From Bdellovibrio sp. (GTDB taxonomy: Bacteria > Bdellovibrionota > Bdellovibrionia > Bdellovibrionales > Bdellovibrionaceae): a stretch of DNA of 64,000 bases. The position numbers were made by a program, and so were the translations under genes. Positions 30,000-39,569 of the stretch are shown here, piece by piece. The first letter of the stretch is position 1; every line of letters begins with the position of its first letter. The stretch covers positions 320,001 through 384,000 of the forward strand of contig JAKFCY010000003.1 in NCBI GenBank assembly GCA_036676395.1. The letters run 5' to 3'. The notes beneath the pieces are model-generated. The model saw nothing but the letters and a program-made list of their open reading frames with translations. It was not told where the DNA came from and ran no database searches.

Positions 30000-30628
30000 A
30001 CTGGGCGGCATTCTCAATTGTTTTGCGCGAAAGCTTAGAAGCTTTATTAATCATTGGTATTTTAACATCGGTATTAAAAAAAGATCAGAACACGACTAAG
30101 AAACACTGGATGTTTTTAATTTTCGGCGTACTTGCAGGCGTTTTTGTAAGTTTAGCTTTAGGAATGTCGATCATGTTCTTGCCAGACGCAGTTCCAGAAT
30201 CTGCAATGAACTATATTGATGTTGGATTTCCATTAGTTGCGGGTTTAATGATTATTCATGTTATGTGGTGGATGCATAAAAATGCCAAGACAGTTAAATC
30301 TGACTTAACTGAAAAAGTAGAAAATGCTTTAAGCAAACAAAGCCTTATCAGCTTATTGTTAATCAGTTTTTTGGCCGTGGCCCGTGAAGGTTTAGAAACT
30401 GTTTTATTCTTAAGCGGTGAGCTCATCGAAGCAACTTCAGACAAATTATTAAATCTAGGTGGTCAAATCGCTTTGGCTGTTATCGTTTCTTACGTCATTT
30501 ATTTTATTTTGCAGAAGTCTTTAGGAAGTTTACATTTCAAATGGTTTTTCAGAGTAACGAACGTCTTGTTATTTGCAGCGGCAGTTCAATTACTTTATAC
30601 GGCCTATAATAAATATCAGTATATCTAA
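29996..30628 (+). CDS. FTR1-family iron permease (short form)
   Basis: Two RExxE motifs (LRESLEA, AREGLET); hydrophobic helices; ends soon after FFRVTNVLL. Confidence 0.88.
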   Translation: MNWAAFSIVLRESLEALLIIGILTSVLKKDQNTTKKHWMFLIFGVLAGVFVSLALGMSIMFLPDAVPESAMNYIDVGFPLVAGLMIIHVMWWMHKNAKTVKSDLTEKVENALSKQSLISLLLISFLAVAREGLETVLFLSGELIEATSDKLLNLGGQIALAVIVSYVIYFILQKSLGSLHFKWFFRVTNVLLFAAAVQLLYTAYNKYQYI

Positions 30629-31099
30629 TTAATAATCTAAGTTTTGATTCGAAGAATAAGCCACATGATTTGGGTTATTCTTTAGGTTTAAGCGTTGATT
30701 CTCAGATTCAAGAACGCGAACTAAGGTACGTAAATCAGAAATTTCTTCCTTTAACGCTACAATCTGTTCTTCTTTTTCTTGTAACACTTGGGTGTAGGCT
30801 TTTTTCAGATCCGTTAATAAACGGTTGGCTGCCGTAATCACTGACTCGCCTTGGGCGTTCTCTTGTTTGGCAAACTCAGCAGCAGAAGAATCACTTTTTA
30901 GGGAGGGGCGATGGGCTTCTGTACTGAACGTTTTATCTTCGACAATTGTTGTTGTTGTTGTAGCTGTTGGGTCTGTGTCGAAAATAAAATACTTGCCGTC
31001 ATCCAAGCGGTACTGAATGTCCTCAGCTTTAATCCGACGTCTTAACGTGGAAATACTCACTTTATGTTTCATTGAGTATTCAGCTAAAGGTAACCACAT
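30629..31099 (-). CDS. hypothetical protein with N-terminal HTH-like region and C-terminal coiled coil
   Basis: WLPLAEYS...VSISTLRRRIK (MerR/excisionase-like HTH); KEEQIVALKEEISDLRTLVRVLESEN coiled coil. Confidence 0.65.
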   Translation of the reverse strand: MWLPLAEYSMKHKVSISTLRRRIKAEDIQYRLDDGKYFIFDTDPTATTTTTIVEDKTFSTEAHRPSLKSDSSAAEFAKQENAQGESVITAANRLLTDLKKAYTQVLQEKEEQIVALKEEISDLRTLVRVLESENQRLNLKNNPNHVAYSSNQNLDY

Positions 31100-31191
31100 T
31101 CTATGTGCCTCCGGGTTGACTACTCAAGCCTAACACAGCCGAAAGGCTTGTCAAATAAGGATTCTAGACTTTTTTCAATCCAGACTTTTGA

Positions 31192-31246
31192 CGTGGATAT
31201 CCAAAGATTTGCGTCATTTTTTGTGCAAAATGCGTGGATATCCACG
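31192..31246. promoter_or_regulatory. paired palindromic operator-like sites
   Basis: CGTGGATATCCA at 31192-31203 and perfect palindrome CGTGGATATCCACG at 31233-31246, in a divergent intergenic region. Confidence 0.5.
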
Positions 31247-31303
31247 ACCAAGGTGTGGTTTAGGTGCCTTTACACTAGACCTTGATCGTGCTTAACTAGC
31301 CTT

Positions 31304-32500
31304 ATGTCTGTGAATATTCACGATAAAAAAAAGATTGCCCTGGTTCTTAGCGGTGGCGGAATAAAAGCTGCGGCATTTCATATTGGTGTATGTCTAGCGC
31401 TTAAAGAAAAGGGAATTGCCTTTGAGGGCGGAACTAAAGAATCGGTGCAAATTCGAAATACCAAGGGGCCAAAGATTCAAACCTATGTTGGCTCTAGCGC
31501 TGGGGCTTTTGTTAGCTCGGTTTTGGCTTCTGGCAGGTCAATCGAGTCTTTAATTACGGCCTTTCAAGTCGGCGCCGGCGATTCACCGTTTTACTCTTTG
31601 CCTGAAGACGAAGTGATTAAACCTATCGGTTACCGCCATATGTTTAATATTAACAGTGCCCGTTTACTTAGTTTTTTACCCGAAGCTCTGTTTAAAAAAT
31701 CGATCTTAACCGGTGGTTTAGAGGTCTTTTTAAAAGAGGGCTTTAAGTTAAACGGACTATTTAACACCAACGGTATCGAACGTTATTTACGTAAATATGT
31801 TTTAGACGAAAATGAGTTCTCACGCTTGGGCGTCGAGCTTTACATTGTTGCAACTCAGCTGAATCATTCACGCAAGGTTGTTTTTGGTAACTACTTAGAA
31901 AACAGAAAAGATTCTGAGGCTTTATATATTGGTTCATCTAAGGTTTCGGAAGCCGTGGCCGCTTCAACCGCCCTACCGCCAGTATTTGCACCGTATCCGA
32001 TTACCTTACCTGATTATAAAAAAGAGATTTATCTATATGACGGTGAAATTCGTGACACTTTAAGTACGCACGTAGCTGCCGATCACGGAGCTGATCTAAT
32101 TATCGCCTCATATTCGATGCAACCTTATCACTACGCCGAAGAAATGGGTTCATTACATAAATACGGAATCCCGGCGATTGTGAACCAGGCTTTATATCAA
32201 GTGCTTGAACAAAAAGTTGCTCGTGGTATTCAGTATCAGAATCAAAAAAAGAATCTTTACGGCGAACTAAAAAAAATCTGTGTGAGCGAAGGCTTGTCGT
32301 CTGAGATCACCAAAAAAATATTAACTGCCGTTGAAAAAACAACCAGCTTTCAACCCAATGTCGACTACGTCTACATCAAGCCACGCCCACAAGATTACGA
32401 AATGTTTTTTGCCGACCATTTCTCGCTAAACCCAGCAATTTTAGAAAAGATTCTCTGGATTGGCTTTAAATCGGGATTAAGCACTTTACGTCATCTGTAA
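31304..32500 (+). CDS. patatin-like phospholipase
   Basis: LVLSGGGIK, GSSAG nucleophile elbow, ASTALPPVF, DGE. Confidence 0.9.
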   Translation: MSVNIHDKKKIALVLSGGGIKAAAFHIGVCLALKEKGIAFEGGTKESVQIRNTKGPKIQTYVGSSAGAFVSSVLASGRSIESLITAFQVGAGDSPFYSLPEDEVIKPIGYRHMFNINSARLLSFLPEALFKKSILTGGLEVFLKEGFKLNGLFNTNGIERYLRKYVLDENEFSRLGVELYIVATQLNHSRKVVFGNYLENRKDSEALYIGSSKVSEAVAASTALPPVFAPYPITLPDYKKEIYLYDGEIRDTLSTHVAADHGADLIIASYSMQPYHYAEEMGSLHKYGIPAIVNQALYQVLEQKVARGIQYQNQKKNLYGELKKICVSEGLSSEITKKILTAVEKTTSFQPNVDYVYIKPRPQDYEMFFADHFSLNPAILEKILWIGFKSGLSTLRHL

Positions 32501-32610
32501 ATAGTCTGATCAATCAAAGCCTCTAAAACCTAGCTCTGTTTGGAGCCAATATCGCAATATAAACCTCTTAAGAAATTGTCGCGTGTCTGCGACACGACTT
32601 GGGAGTTTAT

Positions 32611-33762
32611 ATGAAAAATTTCACTCTATTTTTTGTCTCATTTTGGATCGGTCTTTCGGCCTATGCAGACTGCGATAGTTTTCTTCAATTACCCCAAGAA
32701 GATGCGCGCAAAGCCAGTCTTTATAAGCGGGATTGCGATATCCAAGGTCGCTATCAAAAATTACAAGCTTCTTTTAATTCTGAAGGCATCAACGTCGCAG
32801 AACTTGCTGAATATCGCTTGTTACGCTTTGTCGACCGCGGCAGTTATGAAACCGCTAAAAAAACTGAATTGCCACCTTCACAAATTTATAAACCGGCTCC
32901 AACCACATGGGAGGTCTGGGATTCCGGAATCAGGGCTCTTTTTGCTGATGATACTCAAGTAGCCGCTTTGCTTTTTAGATCGGGTGGTTTTAACTCAACT
33001 GAAAAAGGTTACGAAAATTTAAACTTCGCCATAATCAACGGGGCTTTATTAAAAAATAATCGTGGCGATATCAGCCGCGATTATTTATCGGGAATAAATC
33101 GTCGCACATCAAAACCTGGAACTTACCGCCAAGCTGGAGATACACAAGTTGGTTGGACCGCAGCGATTCCTGACTGCAAAGACAAAGTGACTTGCGCACA
33201 AAATTCTATGCTTAAAGCCCAACAAAACTGGGAAGTTGAATACGGAATGAACTTTAGTGAAGTCGTCAAAGAATGGAATGGCCAAAAACCAAATGCTGCA
33301 ACACTTACCGTGCCGATGACTGTTACTGCGAGTGATGCAGGAAAATTTTATGTAGCCTATGCGCCAAGCGATATGGTTGCCGCGCAAATTTCATGGTTAG
33401 ATATTTTTATTAAAGCAACGATTGAACGCTATCGCGCGAATAAACCACTTATGCCGCCGATTGAATTTTCTGCCCTCGTGCAAAAGTGGTTAGTTACAAT
33501 TCACCCATTTTCTGATGGCAACGGCAGAACTTCGCGTGCAGTTCAGGATTTTATCTTAGCTACGTTTAAAATGCCCTATGCGCCGGGCGGTGATTTGCAA
33601 AACGATACTTTAGAAGACTTCGATAAATACGTAGATCTTACTTATGATCGTATGGAAAATATGGTTTTGAAACTTGAGGCTTGTGCAGAAGAATACCGCC
33701 AAAAACAAAAACCGTCCTACGGCTGTAGAACGGTTAAAAGTATGGAAACTATAACTAATTAA
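32611..33762 (+). CDS. exported Fic-domain protein (putative AMPylase)
   Basis: Signal peptide MKNFTLFFVSFWIGLSAYA after GGGAG RBS; complete HPFSDGNGRTSR motif; PGTYR. Confidence 0.85.
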   Translation: MKNFTLFFVSFWIGLSAYADCDSFLQLPQEDARKASLYKRDCDIQGRYQKLQASFNSEGINVAELAEYRLLRFVDRGSYETAKKTELPPSQIYKPAPTTWEVWDSGIRALFADDTQVAALLFRSGGFNSTEKGYENLNFAIINGALLKNNRGDISRDYLSGINRRTSKPGTYRQAGDTQVGWTAAIPDCKDKVTCAQNSMLKAQQNWEVEYGMNFSEVVKEWNGQKPNAATLTVPMTVTASDAGKFYVAYAPSDMVAAQISWLDIFIKATIERYRANKPLMPPIEFSALVQKWLVTIHPFSDGNGRTSRAVQDFILATFKMPYAPGGDLQNDTLEDFDKYVDLTYDRMENMVLKLEACAEEYRQKQKPSYGCRTVKSMETITN

Positions 33763-33765
33763 AAA

Positions 33766-35226
33766 CTAACCTAAGCTTTTTTCAACAAGATCAAATAATG
33801 GACCCGAGAATAAGCCGATCGCGATAATTATAAATGCACAGACAAACACTAAAACTGTTGTCGCATGTAAAGAATGATCTGCAACATCTGCATCGCCGTC
33901 TTTCATGTACATAACAACGATTGGGCGTAAGTAGTAATAAACACTGATGACAGAGTTAATTACACCCCATAAAGCTAACCACACTAACCCTTCGTTTACA
34001 GCAGCGCTAAATAAATAGAACTTACCAAAAAATCCCAATGTTGGCGGAAGACCCGCAAGTGATAACATAAAAATCGTTAAGCACATGGCTAATGCCGGCT
34101 GGTTTTTCGCAAAACCTGCTAAGTCATCAGTATTGATTACCGAATTTTCAGAGCGTTCGATAAGGCTTACAATTGCAAAAGCACCCATCGTCATAATGCT
34201 GTAAGCAAATAGATAGAACAACACGCTTGATGCGCTATACGCTGAATTCTGACTGATGCCCGCCGTAATTAAACCAACTAAGATATAACCAGAATGAGCT
34301 ACTGAAGAATAAGCTAAAGTGCGTTTCAAATTATTTTGCATAATCGCCGCTACATTACCCACCGTCATGGTGATTACGGCTAGCCATTGCATAACATCAA
34401 ATAAATTTTGCGAACCTACTAATGGTTGCGTTGCGATTATACGTAAGAACGCCGCAAATGAAACTGCTTTTACTGCTGTCGCCATAAAAGAAGTTACTGG
34501 CGTAGGAGATCCCTGATAAACATCTGGAGCCCAGGCATGAAACGGAGCAATTGAAACCTTAAAACAAAAACCCAAGATCACAAAAACGATACCAAATAAG
34601 AATAATTTATTTGTTTTTACCAGTGTCGCGGCACTTTGCATGAAATCAGTAATATTTACTGATCCAGAACTTCCGAACACGAAAGATACTCCATATAAGA
34701 AAATCGCCGATGCAAAAGAGCCCAATACGAAATACTTAATTGCAGCTTCTTTTGAAATTTTTTGTTCGTGCGACATCGCAATCATTAAGTATAGGGCTAA
34801 TGACATTAACTCTAAACCGATAAACACCGTAATCAAATTCACAGCGGCAACCAAGATAATCATTCCCAGCACTGAATTTAGTGCTAAGAAAATTAATTCA
34901 GAAAACTGTTTACCGCGTGTCGATGGGTTTTCGTACATCATAATTAAACCGCCGGCCGAAGCCACGATCGCAAGTAATGCTGACCACTGAGTTAAGCCAT
35001 CAAATAATAATTGATTATTAAATGCCGTTCTATCAGAGCCACCAAATACTAATAATAAGCCTGCAGTTAAACCCAGGCCGATTAAAGCAATAACGATTGT
35101 AGCTGCGGGGTTTTGCTCTTTATTGCCACGCAAAACTTTAATCGCAAGCGGGATTAAGCTGAACAAAAACAAAACAATCAGCGGAGAGGCTAATAAAACA
35201 TCTGTAAGACCAACTGTAATATTCAT
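33766..35226 (-). CDS. nuoN: NADH-quinone oxidoreductase subunit N
   Basis: EAAIKYFVLG, FKVSIAPFHAWAPDVYQGSP, LAYSSVAHSGY. Confidence 0.95.
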   Translation of the reverse strand: MNITVGLTDVLLASPLIVLFLFSLIPLAIKVLRGNKEQNPAATIVIALIGLGLTAGLLLVFGGSDRTAFNNQLLFDGLTQWSALLAIVASAGGLIMMYENPSTRGKQFSELIFLALNSVLGMIILVAAVNLITVFIGLELMSLALYLMIAMSHEQKISKEAAIKYFVLGSFASAIFLYGVSFVFGSSGSVNITDFMQSAATLVKTNKLFLFGIVFVILGFCFKVSIAPFHAWAPDVYQGSPTPVTSFMATAVKAVSFAAFLRIIATQPLVGSQNLFDVMQWLAVITMTVGNVAAIMQNNLKRTLAYSSVAHSGYILVGLITAGISQNSAYSASSVLFYLFAYSIMTMGAFAIVSLIERSENSVINTDDLAGFAKNQPALAMCLTIFMLSLAGLPPTLGFFGKFYLFSAAVNEGLVWLALWGVINSVISVYYYLRPIVVMYMKDGDADVADHSLHATTVLVFVCAFIIIAIGLFSGPLFDLVEKSLG

Positions 35227-35228
35227 AA

Positions 35229-36755
35229 CTATTTCACCTCAAGAGTGTAGTTGTGTTTGTTAGAGATTAAATGATCAACGCTCTTTTTTGAATAATCCAT
35301 AAAGTGGTTGGGAAAAATCCCCATCCAAAAGATTAAGATAATCAGCGGAGTCATCACAACCCATTCACGTACACTTAAATCATGTAAAGCATGTTCTTTA
35401 TCTTCTTCAGCGTGAGTGACGATTTCACCTTTAGGCCCGAAGAACACACGTTTAACCATCCATAACATATACGCAGCACCCAAGATCACACCCGTTACCG
35501 AAATTCCTGCAGCTAAAGGAGAATATTGATATGTGCCCATTAAGATTAAGAATTCGCCGATGAAACCATTTGTTAGCGGAACCGCGATTGAAGACATCGT
35601 CACAATCACAAACATAATCGTAAAAATCGGAAGTGCACTTGCTAAACCGCCGTATTTAACAATCATACGCGAGTGTGTGCGTTCGTAAATCATACCGATT
35701 AACAGGAATAGCGCGCCTGTCGAAATACCGTGATTTAGCATTTGGTATAAAGCGCCGTTTACACCGTATTGATTCATCACAAAGATTCCTAAAATCACAT
35801 AACCCATGTGCGACACTGAAGAGTACGCTACTAATTTTTTCACATCAGGTTGTACCATCGCAACTAATGCGCCGTACACGATACCGATCACACCAAGAGC
35901 TACGAAAAACCAGGCATAGTATTCTGCAGCTTCAGGAAACAATGGAATCACCCAGCGCAAGTAACAAAATGTACCCATTTTTAACATCACACCCGCAAGA
36001 ACCACCGAACCAGGAGTTGGTGCCTCAACGTGGGCGTCAGGTAACCATGTGTGTAATGGAAAAAGTGGAACTTTAATCGCAAACGCTAGTGCGAAAGCAA
36101 AGAACAATAACGTTTGGGCAGTGAAAAAATCACCGGCCACAAATGGAATTTGTAATTTATAGAAATCAAGTAAGCTGGCACTTACTGCGCCGCCTGTTAC
36201 TTCTGGAGTTAAGCGCATTAAAAAGATAATCGCTAATAACATCAGAACAGATCCGGCCATCGTGTAGATGAAGAACTTGATCGTCGCGTATATTCTGCGA
36301 GCACCGCCCCAGATACCAACGATAAAGTACATCGGAACAAGCGATAATTCCCAGAACACATAGAATAAAACCGCATCCATCGCTAAGAAAGATCCCATCA
36401 TCGCTGTTTGTAAAACAAAAAGCGCAACGTGAAAGCCTTTAACTCTGTCTGTGATTGAATTCCAAGATCCTAAAATAATGATCGGAGTTAAGAACGTTGT
36501 TAGCATAATTAACATTAAGCTAATACCGTCAATCCCGATAAAATATGAAATCCCGAAACGCGGAACCCAAGCGTATTGCTCGGCCATTTGCAGGGCTGCA
36601 GAGGCTTGATCGAAGTTTTTAAGAACTACCAGTGATGCTAAAAACTCGATTAACGATAAACCCAAAGCCAGCTGGCGAATTGTGGTTTTTTGTGGCCAAA
36701 CTGTCAGAATCACCGCAAAAACTAAAGGTAAAAATAAAACAACTGATAACAACAT
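35229..36755 (-). CDS. nuoM: NADH-quinone oxidoreductase subunit M
   Basis: FYVFWE, KVPLFPLHTWLPDAHVEAPT, LVAYSSVSHMG. Confidence 0.95.
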   Translation of the reverse strand: MLLSVVLFLPLVFAVILTVWPQKTTIRQLALGLSLIEFLASLVVLKNFDQASAALQMAEQYAWVPRFGISYFIGIDGISLMLIMLTTFLTPIIILGSWNSITDRVKGFHVALFVLQTAMMGSFLAMDAVLFYVFWELSLVPMYFIVGIWGGARRIYATIKFFIYTMAGSVLMLLAIIFLMRLTPEVTGGAVSASLLDFYKLQIPFVAGDFFTAQTLLFFAFALAFAIKVPLFPLHTWLPDAHVEAPTPGSVVLAGVMLKMGTFCYLRWVIPLFPEAAEYYAWFFVALGVIGIVYGALVAMVQPDVKKLVAYSSVSHMGYVILGIFVMNQYGVNGALYQMLNHGISTGALFLLIGMIYERTHSRMIVKYGGLASALPIFTIMFVIVTMSSIAVPLTNGFIGEFLILMGTYQYSPLAAGISVTGVILGAAYMLWMVKRVFFGPKGEIVTHAEEDKEHALHDLSVREWVVMTPLIILIFWMGIFPNHFMDYSKKSVDHLISNKHNYTLEVK

Positions 36756-36758
36756 CGA

Positions 36759-38693
36759 CTACCTCATCAACACAAATGTTAGAACGACAACGACACCTAA
36801 TCCGATGTACATCGCGTATTGTTGCATGTTTCCAGTTTGAAAAGAGCGAGCTAGCGAGCCCGCGCCTTTTGTCATATCGCTGATCACATGAGTTGTCTTA
36901 TCGATGAAATTCACATCGATATACATCCATAAATTCTGACTTTGTTTAACTAGCGGATTAATGATTCCGGCAAAGTAAGCTTCATCAACAAAATATTTAT
37001 TATTCACAAAGTTATATACAGGACCAAAAGCTTTAGCGATTTGTTCGTTTGTGCCTTTGTTGTTTGTGTAAATACGGTAAGCTGTAAAAGCAGAAATTAA
37101 GGCTAATGAAACCGAAGTTGCCATTAAACCCCACTCTTCAGCAGCCGTGTGTGGTGCTCCTGTTTCAGGAAGTTTGCGAATTAAAGGATCTAACCAGTCA
37201 GCCCAGTAATTTGGAATGTGCCCTAAATACTCACCGATCACGTGTGGAACACCAATGAATCCACCAATAACAGATAAAATAGCTAAGATAATTAGTGGAA
37301 TCGTCATGATCGCAGGGCTTTCATGTGGATGCACTGATTTAGGAACTCTTGAACCACCCCAGAAAGTTAACGCCATTAAACGAGTCATGTAGAACGCAGT
37401 TAATAACGCACCGGCAACGCCAGCGATCCATAAGAAAACGCTACCGCGTGGAGAAGCGTAAGCTTGCCATAAGATTTCATCTTTAGAAAAGAAACCTGAA
37501 AATAACGGAAATCCGATAATCGCAAGCCATCCCATTAAGAATGTAAAATGCGTGATCGGTAAATATTTTTTAAGGCCACCCATTTTGCGAATGTCTTGTT
37601 CTTCGTGCATCGCGTGGATCACTGAACCAGAACCCAAGAACATTAACGCTTTAAAAAATGCGTGAGTCATTAAATGCATCATGCCCGCGCCGAATGCGCC
37701 AACACCCACAGCTAAGAACATATAACCAAGCTGAGACACTGTTGAATAAGCTAATACTTTTTTAATATCAAACTGGGTTAAACCAATTGTTGCTGCCATC
37801 ACCGCAGTCACCGCACCAACGATTGCAATCACCATCATTGTATTTGGCGCTGCTACGAACATTGGGTTTAAGCGCACGATCATGTAAACACCCGCCGTCA
37901 CCATCGTCGCCGCATGGATTAACGCAGATACCGGCGTTGGACCCGCCATCGCATCAGGTAGCCAAACATAAAGCGGAACCTGCGCTGATTTTCCAGTCGC
38001 GCCGATGAACAGCATGAGTGTTCCCAGCGTGGCTGCGCCCATCCAGCTTGCTTCAACAGTAGTTGGAGCTAACGCGTTTAATTCGAACATATTTAATGTG
38101 CCGAACGAAAAGAACAAAATAAACATACCGATAATAAAAGCCGCATCACCAATACGATTTGTGATAAAGGCTTTCATGCCGGCTGCAGCTTTAGCAGAAT
38201 CAGAGAACCAAAAACCAATGAGTAAGTAAGAACAAAGGCCGACGCCTTCCCAACCAACGAACATTGTTAATAATGAATCACCTAATACTAGAATTAACAT
38301 GTTGAAGATAAAAAGATTTAAATACGCAAAGTATTTAGTAACACCTTTATCGTGGTGCATGTAACCAATCGAAAATAAGTGAATCAATGAGCCTACGCCC
38401 GTAATGATTAAAATCATAATTGAGCTGATCTGATCGACGACAAAGCCCGCATTAACTTTAAAACCACCTACCGCGATCCATTCAAAAAAGTTAGCAGCCA
38501 ATCGTCTTTGATCTACTGGGGCGTTGATCAAATCAATCATCAACATCACAGAACAGATAAAAGAAACAAACACGGCACCCGTGGCAATCGATCCGGCTAA
38601 AATATAGTTAGACGAACGAAAACGGACTCCGTTTAAAATAAATCCCACCAAAGGGCTTAGTAATAATATTGCAATCAATGCTTCATGACTCAT
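36759..38693 (-). CDS. nuoL: NADH-quinone oxidoreductase subunit L
   Basis: GWEGVGLCSYLLIGFW, GKSAQVPL.VWLPDAMAGPTPVSALIHAATMV. Confidence 0.95.
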   Translation of the reverse strand: MSHEALIAILLLSPLVGFILNGVRFRSSNYILAGSIATGAVFVSFICSVMLMIDLINAPVDQRRLAANFFEWIAVGGFKVNAGFVVDQISSIMILIITGVGSLIHLFSIGYMHHDKGVTKYFAYLNLFIFNMLILVLGDSLLTMFVGWEGVGLCSYLLIGFWFSDSAKAAAGMKAFITNRIGDAAFIIGMFILFFSFGTLNMFELNALAPTTVEASWMGAATLGTLMLFIGATGKSAQVPLYVWLPDAMAGPTPVSALIHAATMVTAGVYMIVRLNPMFVAAPNTMMVIAIVGAVTAVMAATIGLTQFDIKKVLAYSTVSQLGYMFLAVGVGAFGAGMMHLMTHAFFKALMFLGSGSVIHAMHEEQDIRKMGGLKKYLPITHFTFLMGWLAIIGFPLFSGFFSKDEILWQAYASPRGSVFLWIAGVAGALLTAFYMTRLMALTFWGGSRVPKSVHPHESPAIMTIPLIILAILSVIGGFIGVPHVIGEYLGHIPNYWADWLDPLIRKLPETGAPHTAAEEWGLMATSVSLALISAFTAYRIYTNNKGTNEQIAKAFGPVYNFVNNKYFVDEAYFAGIINPLVKQSQNLWMYIDVNFIDKTTHVISDMTKGAGSLARSFQTGNMQQYAMYIGLGVVVVLTFVLMR

Positions 38694-38699
38694 TTTAAA

Positions 38700-39026
38700 T
38701 TACCCCTTCAAGTGTTCAAAGAATCTGATATTAACTTCTTTGAAGCGTTTAAAGATTGATACCGCTAATGCCAAACCAACTGCTGCTTCAGCCGCTGCGA
38801 TTGTCATTACAAAGAAAACCATAATTTGGCCTTCGATGTTGTTGTTGTATTTTGAAAATGCCACGAAGCTGATGTTCACGGCGTTCAACATTAATTCAAC
38901 TGACATTAATAAAACGATCAAGTTACGGCGAAGTAATACTCCTGCCATACCCATAGAAAAGATAACCGCTGATAACACTAAGTAGTGTTCAAGACCGATT
39001 GTTGTAAAAATATTAGTCTCTGGCAT
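38700..39026 (-). CDS. nuoK: NADH-quinone oxidoreductase subunit K
   Basis: [25 protein letters not shown]. Confidence 0.95.
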   Translation of the reverse strand: MPETNIFTTIGLEHYLVLSAVIFSMGMAGVLLRRNLIVLLMSVELMLNAVNISFVAFSKYNNNIEGQIMVFFVMTIAAAEAAVGLALAVSIFKRFKEVNIRFFEHLKG

Positions 39027-39555
39027 GTGTGCCCCCTCTGCTGCGTGATAGCGCTACAGTTCCAACTGCAATTACTAAAAGTAAAACGCCCAAAGCTTCA
39101 AAGCCAAAAACGTTTTGTAAAAATAAGTTTTGTGCTAACGCCATCGTGTTGTCGGCGTAGGTTTTTCCGGTATCCGCATCTGCTTGCGTTTTTTGCGATA
39201 ACTCAATCGCCTTGGTGCTTAGTGTGATCGCGCCAACAACTAATCCCGCTAAAATTCCGACCGAAGCAATCTTAACTGCTCCCGTAATTTTACCGCGCGT
39301 GAACGCTTGGATTTCGTGTTTCAAATCGAAAAGCATGATGACCATGACGAATAAAACCATCACCGCACCAGCATAAACGATCAATTGCACGCCAGCTAAA
39401 AAGAAAGCGCCTAAAGTTACAAACAAAGCTGATACACCCACCATCGTCATCGCTAGTGAAAGCGCTGAGTAGATCGGGTTAGACATCAGAACTACAGATA
39501 GCCCTGCACCAACAGTTACAAAAGCTAAAAACCAAAACAAGATTGCATCAGTCAC
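39013..39555 (-). CDS. nuoJ: NADH-quinone oxidoreductase subunit J
   Basis: [22 protein letters not shown]...VLLL. Confidence 0.95.
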   Translation of the reverse strand: MTDAILFWFLAFVTVGAGLSVVLMSNPIYSALSLAMTMVGVSALFVTLGAFFLAGVQLIVYAGAVMVLFVMVIMLFDLKHEIQAFTRGKITGAVKIASVGILAGLVVGAITLSTKAIELSQKTQADADTGKTYADNTMALAQNLFLQNVFGFEALGVLLLVIAVGTVALSRSRGGTHARD

Positions 39556-39569
39556 AAATTCCTACTTTC

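Noticed and set aside
31103..31285. 60-aa ORF or riboswitch in the divergent intergenic region
   Set aside because: No RBS or protein features; the GAAA hairpin lacks the other c-di-GMP riboswitch elements.
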